Shown: positions 18,150 to 27,185 of the stretch, piece after piece
Layout of the letters: each line of letters opens with the position of its first letter
Numbering within the stretch: the stretch's first letter is position 1
From: Candidatus Woesearchaeota archaeon
GTDB lineage: Archaea > Nanobdellota > Nanobdellia > SCGC-AAA011-G17 > JACPIM01
Assembly (NCBI GenBank): GCA_018302125.1
Contig: JAGWAC010000001.1
Location: 33,684-97,683 of the forward strand
DNA length: 64,000 bases
Reading direction: 5' to 3'
Program-made: the position numbers and the translations under genes
The notes under the pieces: model-generated
Database searches by the model: none
What the model saw: the letters and a program-made list of their open reading frames with translations, nothing else
Told to the model about the DNA's origin: nothing

Positions 18150-18665
18150 ATGGAAATAGTAAAAATCCCTAAGGAAAGAGTAGCTGTATTAATTGGAAAA
18201 AAAGGCGAAACAAAGAGATTAATAGAAAAAAATACACGCACAAAATTAACTGTAGATAAAGAAGGCAATGTAGTAATTAACGGAGAAAGTATAGATGTAT
18301 TTGAAGCAAATTCAGTTGTAAAGGCAATTGGTCGTGGATTTAATCCTGTCATAGCTCTCACATTATTAAATGAAGAAAATAATATGGAGATAATAAATAT
18401 TAAGGATTTCACAGGAAAATCAGAAAAGAAATTCCACAGAATAAAATCAAGATTAATAGGGACAAATGGAAAAGCCAGAAAAGTTATTGAAAAAATGACA
18501 GATACAGAAGTCTCTATTTATGGAAAAACAATTACAATTATTGGTCATTTGGAAAATGTAAGCATAGCAAAAAGAGGAACTGAAATTCTTTTAAGGGGGG
18601 CTCCCCACGGAAATGCCTACAAATATATTGAAAGAGAAATGAAGAAATTAAAAGAAGATTTCTAA
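18150..18665 (+). CDS. KH-domain RNA-binding protein (archaeal Dim2/Pno1-like)
   Basis: Two KH modules (IGKKGETKRLIEKNT..., IGTNGKARKVIEKMT...). The aIF-1A plus Dim2 gene pair is conserved in archaea. Confidence 0.8.
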   Translation: MEIVKIPKERVAVLIGKKGETKRLIEKNTRTKLTVDKEGNVVINGESIDVFEANSVVKAIGRGFNPVIALTLLNEENNMEIINIKDFTGKSEKKFHRIKSRLIGTNGKARKVIEKMTDTEVSIYGKTITIIGHLENVSIAKRGTEILLRGAPHGNAYKYIEREMKKLKEDF

Positions 18666-18931
18666 TTATTAAAAATAAAAAAAGTCAAAACAAATAAAAC
18701 TAACCATACAACAAAAGAAATCAAAGCCCAATTTTTATTTCTTAAGAAACTGGCATAAGCTAATGAAATTGTTACAATTATTATTGGAATAAATTGTACT
18801 GGATTCATTCTACGTTTGCTCTATTACTAATAAAAAATTTCTGGAGTTTATGTGCACAGCCTTCACAAAGAAAAGCTTTATAAATAACTTTTCTTTTCAT
18901 CATAATATTTTGAAAAAGTGGTGTCATAGAA

Positions 18932-20626
18932 GTGATAAAAGCTGAAGAATTAGCATTAAAGCAAAGAGAAATTTCTGTTTCAGAATTTTTTACAAAAAAT
19001 AGACATTTACTTGGTTTTGATAGTCCAGCAAAAGCAATTTTAATGGCAGTAAAGGAATGCGTAGATAATTCATTGGACGCAACAGAAGAAATGAGAGTTC
19101 TACCTGATATTTATGTTGAAGTTAAACAATTATCAGAAAATAGACTTAAAATTATTATCGAAGATAATGGTCCTGGTATAGTTAAAGAACAAATTCCAAG
19201 GGTATTTGCAAAATTATTATATGGGAGTAAATTTCACTCACTTTCTCAGAAACGTGGGCAACAAGGAATTGGTGTTAGCGCGGCAGTTTTGTATTCACAA
19301 TTAACAACTGGAAAACCTGCTGTAATTACTTCCAAAATCGGACTTAAACAAAAAGCACATCATTATTGGTTACATATTGATACAGTAAAAAATGAACCTG
19401 AGATAGTAAAAGAAGAGTCATTTGATTGGGGTAAAGATCATGGTACTAAAGTAGAACTTGAATTAGAAGGAAAATATCAAAAAGGAAAACAAAGTGTAGA
19501 TGAATACCTAAAACAAGTAGCTATTGTAAATCCCCATGCTAAAATAATTTACATAAATCCATTAAATGAAAAAGTTGAATATCATCGGGTAACAAATGAA
19601 ATGCCAGCAGAAGCTCAAGAAATTAAACCCCATCCTTATGGTATTGAATTAGGAATTTTAATTAAGATGCTTAAGTCTACTGAATCAAGAACATTAAGTT
19701 CTTTTTTACAAAATGATTTTTCAAGAATAAGCACTGTAACAGTTAAAGAAATTTGTAATAAAGCAAATTTAGATATAAAATTAAAACCAGAAGAACTTAC
19801 TTTACAGCAATCAGAAATACTATATAAATCAATTCAGAACACGAAAATTATTGCCCCACCAACTAATTGTATTAGTCCTATTGGGGAAGAATTATTAATT
19901 AAAGGCTTAAAAAAAGAAATTAATGCTGATTTTTATACTGCTGTTTCAAGAAGCCCCGTAGTTTATAGAGGTAGACCTTTTGCTATTGAAGTAAGTTGTG
20001 CTTACGGTGGAGATCTAAATAAAGAAACACAAGTAAGATTAATGAGATTTGCAAACAGAGTTCCATTATTATATCAACAAGGTGCTTGTGCAATAACAGA
20101 AGCTGTTCAAGATACAAATTGGAGACCTTATGGATTGCAGCAAAGTACGGGCAGTCTACCTTATGGTCCTTTAGTCTTGGTAGTTCATATGGCTTCTGTG
20201 TGGGTTCCTTTTACATCTGAAAGTAAAGATGCTATTGCACATTATGAAGAGATTATAAAAGAAATCAAATTAGGATTGCAAGAATGTGGTAGAAGATTAG
20301 GTATTTTTATTAGAAAAAATGTAAAAGCAAAAGAACAAAAGGAAAAAATAGACTTATTTACAAAATATATCCCTGAATTAGCTAATTCATTAAGTTCATT
20401 GACAGGCGAAAAACCAAAAATATTGGAAGAAGAACTGACAAAAATATTAAATAAAAATCTGAAAGATTTGTTAAGAAGTATAGATAATGCTGAAATAAAA
20501 GAGGAAATTAAAGAAGAAATGGCTGAAAAGCAGGACAATAAAAAGGAAAAGAAAAAATCAGAGGTATCGGAACCAAAGGTTCCGATTAAAAAATCAAAAA
20601 AAGAGATTCAAACAAAACTGAGATAG
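18932..20626 (+). CDS. top6B: DNA topoisomerase VI subunit B
   Basis: GHKL ATPase Bergerat fold (VKECVDNSLDA, NGPGI) plus transducer domain; 564 aa with a lysine-rich tail. Confidence 0.9.
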   Translation: MIKAEELALKQREISVSEFFTKNRHLLGFDSPAKAILMAVKECVDNSLDATEEMRVLPDIYVEVKQLSENRLKIIIEDNGPGIVKEQIPRVFAKLLYGSKFHSLSQKRGQQGIGVSAAVLYSQLTTGKPAVITSKIGLKQKAHHYWLHIDTVKNEPEIVKEESFDWGKDHGTKVELELEGKYQKGKQSVDEYLKQVAIVNPHAKIIYINPLNEKVEYHRVTNEMPAEAQEIKPHPYGIELGILIKMLKSTESRTLSSFLQNDFSRISTVTVKEICNKANLDIKLKPEELTLQQSEILYKSIQNTKIIAPPTNCISPIGEELLIKGLKKEINADFYTAVSRSPVVYRGRPFAIEVSCAYGGDLNKETQVRLMRFANRVPLLYQQGACAITEAVQDTNWRPYGLQQSTGSLPYGPLVLVVHMASVWVPFTSESKDAIAHYEEIIKEIKLGLQECGRRLGIFIRKNVKAKEQKEKIDLFTKYIPELANSLSSLTGEKPKILEEELTKILNKNLKDLLRSIDNAEIKEEIKEEMAEKQDNKKEKKKSEVSEPKVPIKKSKKEIQTKLR

Positions 20627-20664
20627 CTTAGAGTTTTTTCTGAAGCTTTTTTCCAAAAAGACTC

Positions 20665-21750
20665 ATGGCAGAAAATAAATCAAAAAAAGTACTTGAAGAA
20701 TTTGGTGATAAAATAGTTTCCCAAATTAAAAAAGGAAAAAATCCTGAAATTGAAATGACTCTTAGAAATCTAAGCAATATAATTTATGATACGAAACAAA
20801 AGATCCTTAAACTAGGAAATAAAATACAGAGTAGGTCATTCTTTAATTTAGCACATTCAAAAAAATTCTTGCAGACAGTTGAAGTTGCATCTGTAATTAA
20901 AAAAGAATTGTTGGGATCTGGAAAACATTCTAGTCTAAGAGACGTTTTTTACATGGTAAAAAGAACTATTCCAGGAACAAATATTAATCTAGTAGAAGAT
21001 CAGACAGAATCAGACAAAGCATTAGAAGACCTAGAAGTTATTACTGACTTCTCAAGAGAGCAATTGCATGTAGCTGCAAATAAAATGGGAAGTGTTGCAG
21101 GAAAAGTAATTATAGAAGACAAAGGTGACACAATAGATTGGTCCAAAATGGGAAGCGGTGGTTGGTCTATCCCTTCTATTACAGACGAATTAAAATTCAA
21201 AAAAGTAAGTGCAAAATACGTTCTTTATATGGAGAAAGCAGCTGTTTTTGAAAGATTAAATGAAGACAAATTTTGGGATAAAAATAATTGCATTATTATA
21301 TCATCGCAAGGTCAGACAACAAGAGGAATTAGAAGAATGCTTCAAAGATTATATGAAGAACACAATTTGCCAATCTATGTTCTCTGTGACGGAGATATTT
21401 ACGGTGCATATATTTACTCAGTAATTAAATATGGTTCAATTGCATTGGCTCATGCATCGGGCAGATTAACAATTCCAGGTGTAAAGTACGTTGGAATTAC
21501 AATGGATGATGTTATAAAATATGATCTTAAAAAGCATTTTATCAAATTAGATGAAAAAGATTATGCAAGAATTAAGCAAGTTTCTGAATATGCCTGGTTC
21601 AAGAATAATAAAGATTGGCTAAGACAATTCAAAATGATGAAAGAATTTGGAGCAAAAGTAGAAATTCAGTCCCTGACATCTAAAGGTATAAGCTTTATTT
21701 CTGAAAAATACTTGCCTGAAAAAATAAAAAATAAGGAATTTTTAGATTGA
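20665..21750 (+). CDS. top6A: DNA topoisomerase VI subunit A (Spo11-like)
   Basis: Winged-helix/CAP domain followed by a Toprim domain with the DxD motif (YVLCDGDIYG); 361 aa. Lies directly downstream of top6B. Confidence 0.9.
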   Translation: MAENKSKKVLEEFGDKIVSQIKKGKNPEIEMTLRNLSNIIYDTKQKILKLGNKIQSRSFFNLAHSKKFLQTVEVASVIKKELLGSGKHSSLRDVFYMVKRTIPGTNINLVEDQTESDKALEDLEVITDFSREQLHVAANKMGSVAGKVIIEDKGDTIDWSKMGSGGWSIPSITDELKFKKVSAKYVLYMEKAAVFERLNEDKFWDKNNCIIISSQGQTTRGIRRMLQRLYEEHNLPIYVLCDGDIYGAYIYSVIKYGSIALAHASGRLTIPGVKYVGITMDDVIKYDLKKHFIKLDEKDYARIKQVSEYAWFKNNKDWLRQFKMMKEFGAKVEIQSLTSKGISFISEKYLPEKIKNKEFLD

Positions 21751-21804
21751 TTTTTTATAAAGAAAACCTTAAAAAGATATCTTTCTAGAGAGTTCTGCAC
21801 AAAA

Positions 21805-22593
21805 ATGATAAAATCACACAGTGAAAGATTGAAAATAGTATCTGACAAACCATTGAAAAATCCTGATATAACTTCAAGAGTATTTCAGAATTTAAATAAG
21901 ATAAAAAATTTAACACTAGATAATTTGGTTGATATTAATATTGACAAAGAAAGAAGAATTCTTGGGACAGAAGCAAGATTATTGGCGCAATGGAAATATG
22001 GGGCTGAATGGAAAGAGCATTTAGATGCTCCTTTAATCGCTCATGCAGATGCAGCAATAGACCTCAAAAAAGAATATGATTGTACAATTGCTGCAACTGA
22101 AAAAAGTTTTCCATATGCAGAAATACTTAAAATCATGGGTATGGAAATGTGCCCAGTTGATTTTATTTCTATGGAAAAAGATAAAAATAATCCAAAAGTA
22201 AAGGAAAAAATAGAAAAATTAAGAGAAAAAAGAGTTTTAATTGTTGACAGGGAGTTTATTACAACAGGACTTTTAAAAAAAGTATATGAAGAATTAAGAA
22301 ATAAAGGAATAAATGCAAATGGTGCTTATCTTGGAATTTCAAATTGGGAGCAATTAAATGGTGAAACTCCTTATCTTAATGGAAAATTAGCAAGATTACA
22401 TTGTTTTTGGGAGCATATTGGCTCAGGTCTTGGTCTTATGAGAATAACTAATTGTGATGTTTACAAAAAAGGACTTCTTCCTAAAGAATTAAAATTATAT
22501 TCTGTAAATGGAAAATTATATTTGGACAAACCAAATGCAAATCAGGCAGCAAGAAGAGTGGCCATTAACTTAAAAAAAATTAGTATTATATAA
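21805..22593 (+). CDS. hypothetical protein with weak phosphoribosyltransferase-like motif
   Basis: RVLIVDREFITTGLL resembles the PRPP-binding motif of type I PRTases. It is not a confident match. Confidence 0.3.
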   Translation: MIKSHSERLKIVSDKPLKNPDITSRVFQNLNKIKNLTLDNLVDINIDKERRILGTEARLLAQWKYGAEWKEHLDAPLIAHADAAIDLKKEYDCTIAATEKSFPYAEILKIMGMEMCPVDFISMEKDKNNPKVKEKIEKLREKRVLIVDREFITTGLLKKVYEELRNKGINANGAYLGISNWEQLNGETPYLNGKLARLHCFWEHIGSGLGLMRITNCDVYKKGLLPKELKLYSVNGKLYLDKPNANQAARRVAINLKKISII

Positions 22594-22831
22594 TACTAAT
22601 AATTTGTGAACTGCCAATCTCTTGAGATGGGGTAGTTCATTATTCTTTCAAATTCAATAGGAATATCTACGTCCAAAATAATATCTTGGACTGCGCCCCT
22701 AAAATGAAACAAATAGATAAGCAAGTACTACTTCTATTTAATATCTTCTGTTAAATATTCATCTTTTTGCTTGGATATAATCTAAATTTGTATGTTATTT
22801 TCTCTTTTTTCTTCATGATCCATATAAAAAT

Positions 22832-22890
22832 AATTTAGTATATAAGCACTAAGCAGATCCTCGGTTTGTCCAGTAGGTTTTGTCCAGTTG
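22832..22890 (-). repeat. promoter-like repeat element, copy C (2x TACTGGACA iterons + GCTTATATACTAAATT)
   Basis: The minus-strand sequence CAACTGGACAAAACCTACTGGACAAACCGAGGATCTGCTTAGTGCTTATATACTAAATT aligns with copies A and B. Lies in the convergent intergenic region 22594-23071. Confidence 0.5.
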
Positions 22891-23071
22891 TATTTATAAA
22901 TGGGAAAAGTTATAACTTTTAGTAGTTACTCAATCACAGCAGAGCTGTGGAGATTTCCTTGAGATTAAAAATGAAAAAGAATTTCTTATTAATTCTCTCA
23001 ATTGTTCATTCCCCATAGCTAAAAACCTAATTTCAAAAAAGTCCTAAACTTATCTTTTTAAAAACAAGTAA

Positions 23072-23611
23072 TTAATTAGAGACGAATTTCTCTATAGTTT
23101 TATATGTTGGTCCCGCCCTACTTAATACACTTTTAATTAAACTAAAAGAATTAACTTTAAATTTTAATTTCTTGATTTTTATTTCTTTAAAAGTATTTTT
23201 AAATTCATTTTTATCTTTAATTGTTTTAACTCTTCCAATCGTAATATGGGCGCTAAACTCTTTGTCTTTTTCAAAATAATTTCTTATTTTTTCTTCCACA
23301 TCTTGCTGCAGTTCTATAACTTTGTTAAAATTTTTGACTCCAACCCACAAAACTCTTATATAATTCTCAGTCGGAAAAGCTCCGAAATCATCTAATTCTA
23401 ATTCAAAAGCATCAAATTTGATTTCTTTTAACTTCTCATTAATTTTCGGAATTATTTTATCATCAACATTTCCAAGAAACTTCAATGTAAGATGGATTTT
23501 AGATTTTGCAACCCAATTAATTTTAGCTAAGTCTTTATTAAAATTATCTTTAATACTAAATAAATAATCTTTTACTTCTTTTGGTAATTCAATAGCAATA
23601 AACAATCTCAT
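23072..23611 (-). CDS. thpR: RNA 2',3'-cyclic phosphodiesterase (LigT/ThpR, 2H family)
   Basis: Two H-x-T-x motifs (HLTLKFLG and HITIGRVK); 179 aa. Confidence 0.8.
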   Translation of the reverse strand: MRLFIAIELPKEVKDYLFSIKDNFNKDLAKINWVAKSKIHLTLKFLGNVDDKIIPKINEKLKEIKFDAFELELDDFGAFPTENYIRVLWVGVKNFNKVIELQQDVEEKIRNYFEKDKEFSAHITIGRVKTIKDKNEFKNTFKEIKIKKLKFKVNSFSLIKSVLSRAGPTYKTIEKFVSN

Positions 23612-24339
23612 AATAATTCACTCAAAATCTTGGCAGCATTTTTTACTGTAATATTGTCAATATCTTTCAAAGGATTAACTTCAACTAAATCAATCCTCTT
23701 TAAATTTTTTAATCTTTTTATTTTTGAAATTAAATAAATTAATTCTTTAATATCTAATCCATTTGGCTCTAAATATCCAGTCCCTGGACAAAATTTAGGA
23801 TCCAAAACATCAATATCAATGCTTAAATAAAACTTTTTAAACTTTTTAAAGAAGTTTATTAATTCTTCTTTAACTTTTTCAATATTTTCATGGACTTTCT
23901 TTACATCAATAGTTTTAACATCCCTCAAAAATTCAACTTCACTTTTTCCACTTTTCCTTACACCAACATAGACTAAATTCTTTTTATCTAAAATACCTTC
24001 ATCAACTAATTTTCTTACAAAATCCTCATGACTAACGCTTTTTATATATAAAGCACAATCTGGATGAGCATCAAATATCAATAACCCATAATTCTCATTT
24101 TTTTTGGCAAACCCCTTAAACAAAGAATAAGTTATGCTGTGATCTCCACCTAAAAAAATATCTCCAGAAGCCTTCTCAATATTCTTATTAGTTTCATCAA
24201 TATTATTTATATTTACTTTAATTTCATCAATAATTAAATCCGATTTATTTAATTCATTTAATATAAAATCAGAACCTTTTTCACAACCGGGATTTTTTCC
24301 TAAACTCCCTTGTGAACTGCATACTTTAACAATTTTCAT
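23608..24339 (-). CDS. arginase/agmatinase-family ureohydrolase
   Basis: Conserved metal-binding motifs GGDHSIT, DAHPD and SIDIDVLDP. Overlaps the ligT start by 4 nt. Confidence 0.75.
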   Translation of the reverse strand: MKIVKVCSSQGSLGKNPGCEKGSDFILNELNKSDLIIDEIKVNINNIDETNKNIEKASGDIFLGGDHSITYSLFKGFAKKNENYGLLIFDAHPDCALYIKSVSHEDFVRKLVDEGILDKKNLVYVGVRKSGKSEVEFLRDVKTIDVKKVHENIEKVKEELINFFKKFKKFYLSIDIDVLDPKFCPGTGYLEPNGLDIKELIYLISKIKRLKNLKRIDLVEVNPLKDIDNITVKNAAKILSELL

Positions 24340-24369
24340 AAAATTAACAAAAAAAGGAGATATAAAAAA

Positions 24370-25443
24370 TTATCGGGTTATCTTATAACTCTTAACAAGC
24401 TCGTATAATTCTCTAGCTTTTTTATTTCTTTCAAAATGTTCTCTTACAGGTTTAATCAATTTCTCTAAATAAATAGTGACATTATTTTTGAGATCAGCAG
24501 GATGTAAATCTCCATTTACATAAGCTGTTCTTAATTCTTCATAATTTCCAAATATAATATCTCCGCCAAATTTAGCAGGTCTTTCAATCTTCATTTCTTT
24601 AAAATTTTTAAAAATAATATATTTACAATATTCTAATAATGGATTGCCCTCTTCTATTTTTGGAGGACAAAAAGCAGTATTAATCTTATTTTTTAACTCC
24701 CAAAAACTTTCATGCATGTAAATAGCACTTTTGGGATCAGATTTAGACATTTTAGAAGCCATTAAAGTTTCTTCCTCTGTTTCTTTTTTTTGTAACCCTT
24801 GTAAACCCAATAAAATATGGTGGTGAATTGCAATTGGTTTCTTCCACTTTAATTTATTAGCAACTTCTCTAGCTAAAATATGTGCTCTTCTTTGGTCCAT
24901 GCCTAATTGACAAATATCGAGATTCAAATGAAAAATATCTGTAACTTGCATAGGTGGATAAAATAATTGTCCCATGCTTAATTTCTCACCCTGTTTTCTG
25001 CCCATTATAGTTGTTGCTCTTAAAACTCTTTCAAGAGAAATTTCCTTGGCTACTTTTAAAACTCTATCCCAATATTTCAATCCATCCATTATCTCACTAG
25101 CCCATACTATCTTTACTTTGTCAATATCAATACCACAAGCTTTCCATACCTCAACAAAATATTTGCCAGCAGTTTGGATATTTTCTAAATTGCCGCCTAA
25201 TTTGTTATTAATAAAACCAAAATAATCAGCTAAAAATAAATGAAATTTAACCCCAGCCTTTAACATATTCCTTAAGTTAGTTGCTCTTAAAAGTCCAAAA
25301 TGTATTGGCGAGATACCTGATGGCTCAAATCCATCATAAGCCAAGGGTTTATCATTAGTTTCAAAAAGATTTCTAAGCTCATCCTCAGTTAAAATTTCTT
25401 CTGCAAAAGACTTCATCAACTCTATTTTTGTTTCAGTATCCAT
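24370..25443 (-). CDS. tyrS: tyrosyl-tRNA synthetase (archaeal type)
   Basis: GFEPSG...H.G, KMSKS, and a C-terminal region (AFCPPKIEEGNPLLEYCKYI...RPAKFGGDIIFGNYEELRTAYVNGDLHPADLKN) that closely parallels archaeal TyrRS rather than TrpRS. Confidence 0.75.
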   Translation of the reverse strand: MDTETKIELMKSFAEEILTEDELRNLFETNDKPLAYDGFEPSGISPIHFGLLRATNLRNMLKAGVKFHLFLADYFGFINNKLGGNLENIQTAGKYFVEVWKACGIDIDKVKIVWASEIMDGLKYWDRVLKVAKEISLERVLRATTIMGRKQGEKLSMGQLFYPPMQVTDIFHLNLDICQLGMDQRRAHILAREVANKLKWKKPIAIHHHILLGLQGLQKKETEEETLMASKMSKSDPKSAIYMHESFWELKNKINTAFCPPKIEEGNPLLEYCKYIIFKNFKEMKIERPAKFGGDIIFGNYEELRTAYVNGDLHPADLKNNVTIYLEKLIKPVREHFERNKKARELYELVKSYKITR

Positions 25444-25572
25444 TCTTTTTATATCCTAAATAAAACATTATAAAACTTTCTCCTAAATTTATTACATAGC
25501 TTATGAAAAGTTTTCAAAAATCCCGCAAATCTTTACAAAAGCCTTATTAATATAAATTGATTTTAAATAAAA

Positions 25573-25923
25573 ATGGCAGAGTCTTTTTTGATTAAATTAT
25601 CTTTGGTAATATCAATAGCTGGTTTAATAATTCTCTTTTTCATATCAGAAAAAATAAGACCAAAAGAATATCAAATAAACCTTCTTTCAAAAGAGAATTT
25701 GGAGCAATTAATAAAAATTAAAGGAACAATAAATAACGTGAAAGAAATTAAAGGTTTGATTATAATGACAGTTGAAGACAAATCAGGAGAAATTAAAGTT
25801 ATTTTATCCAGAAAAAATCAGATCCTTAAGCCGGAAAAAGACCAAGAAGTTGAAGTAATAGGAAAATTCAAAGCATACCAGAAAGATTTCGAAATTGAAG
25901 CTCAGGAAATAAAAATTTTATAA
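25573..25923 (+). CDS. membrane-anchored OB-fold protein
   Basis: N-terminal TM helix followed by an OB-fold-like anticodon-binding-type domain; 116 aa. Confidence 0.4.
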   Translation: MAESFLIKLSLVISIAGLIILFFISEKIRPKEYQINLLSKENLEQLIKIKGTINNVKEIKGLIIMTVEDKSGEIKVILSRKNQILKPEKDQEVEVIGKFKAYQKDFEIEAQEIKIL

Positions 25924-25952
25924 TTTTTTTAAAAACTTTTCATAAGTGATTA

Positions 25953-27158
25953 GTGAGAACTCTAAAAATGTTAGAAGAATTAATTTCGATTTTAATAGGC
26001 TGTATTTTGGGAATTATGACAGGTTTAACTCCTGGTCTTCATATAAATTTAATAGCCTCAATAATGCTGGCTTTATCAAATTTTTTATTAAAATATACCT
26101 CTGATTTAAATTTAATAATTATAATAATATCAATGTCAATTACACATTTATTTTTAGATACAATTCCTTCTATTTTCTTAGGAGTTCCAAATGAAGACAC
26201 AGCAATTATTATATTGCCGGCGCATAAATTGTTGCTAGAAGGAAAAGCCCAAGAAGCTGTATTTCTTTCTTTATTAGGAACTTTATTTTCAATAATAATA
26301 ATTTGTATTTTCATCCCAATTTTAATTTTTATTTTTCCAATATTGAATTTTTTTCTGAAAAACCACATACATATTATCTTAATAATTCTAACAATAATCT
26401 TAATTTTAAAGGAAAAACAAAGATTCTTAACTTTAACAATATTTTTATTTTCTGGAACTATGGGTTTTATAATATTAAATACCCCGAATATAAAAGAGCC
26501 TTTGCTTCCCTTGTTAGCAGGTTTGTTTGGCTTAAGCTCATTAATTTTAAGCATAAAAAACAATACAAAAATCCCAAAACAAATTAATCAAAATTTAAAA
26601 ATAGAAATTAAAAAAATAAAATTTATTCTCATTGGTTTTATAGCTGGAGTTTTTTCAGCATTTCTTCCAGGTCTTGGTTCAGCACAAACATCAGTTTTAA
26701 CCTCATCAATAATAAGAAAAATAGATCCTAAAGACTTTTTAATTCTAAACAGCTCAATAAATTCAGTAAACTTAATTGGGAGTTTTATAACTCTTTTCAC
26801 AATCAATAAAGCTAGAAGTGGAATAGCAGTTGCAGTTTCACAGCTAATAAATTTAACATTAAATAAATTAATTTTAATATTTTCAGTAATCCTGGCAACA
26901 ACATTTATAGCAACAGTCTTAACAATTTGTTTTTCAAGAATTTTTTCAAAATTAATTTCTAAAATAAATTATGAAAGATTATGTTATTCAATAATTGTCT
27001 TAATTACAATTCTAGTTCTAATAATCTCAAAACCAATTGGTTTACTAATTTTAATAACATCAACATCTTTAGGAGTTTACGTACAATTAAAACAAGTAAA
27101 TAAAAATCACTTAATGGGTTGCTTATTGTTGCCAGTAATATTATATTTTATAATTTAA
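25953..27158 (+). CDS. DUF112/TctA-like integral membrane protein
   Basis: Repeated GxxTGLxPGLH / AFLPGLGSAQTS motifs characteristic of the TctA/DUF112 family; polytopic. Confidence 0.55.
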   Translation: MRTLKMLEELISILIGCILGIMTGLTPGLHINLIASIMLALSNFLLKYTSDLNLIIIIISMSITHLFLDTIPSIFLGVPNEDTAIIILPAHKLLLEGKAQEAVFLSLLGTLFSIIIICIFIPILIFIFPILNFFLKNHIHIILIILTIILILKEKQRFLTLTIFLFSGTMGFIILNTPNIKEPLLPLLAGLFGLSSLILSIKNNTKIPKQINQNLKIEIKKIKFILIGFIAGVFSAFLPGLGSAQTSVLTSSIIRKIDPKDFLILNSSINSVNLIGSFITLFTINKARSGIAVAVSQLINLTLNKLILIFSVILATTFIATVLTICFSRIFSKLISKINYERLCYSIIVLITILVLIISKPIGLLILITSTSLGVYVQLKQVNKNHLMGCLLLPVILYFII

Positions 27159-27185
27159 GTTTTGATAAAACTTTTCAGAAAAGGT

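Noticed and set aside
24370-25443. Tryptophanyl-tRNA synthetase assignment
   Set aside because: The C-terminal region aligns much better with archaeal TyrRS (for example ...KKAYCPAG..EGNPI..., RPEKFGGDL..YEEL...ELHP.DLKN pattern) than with TrpRS.
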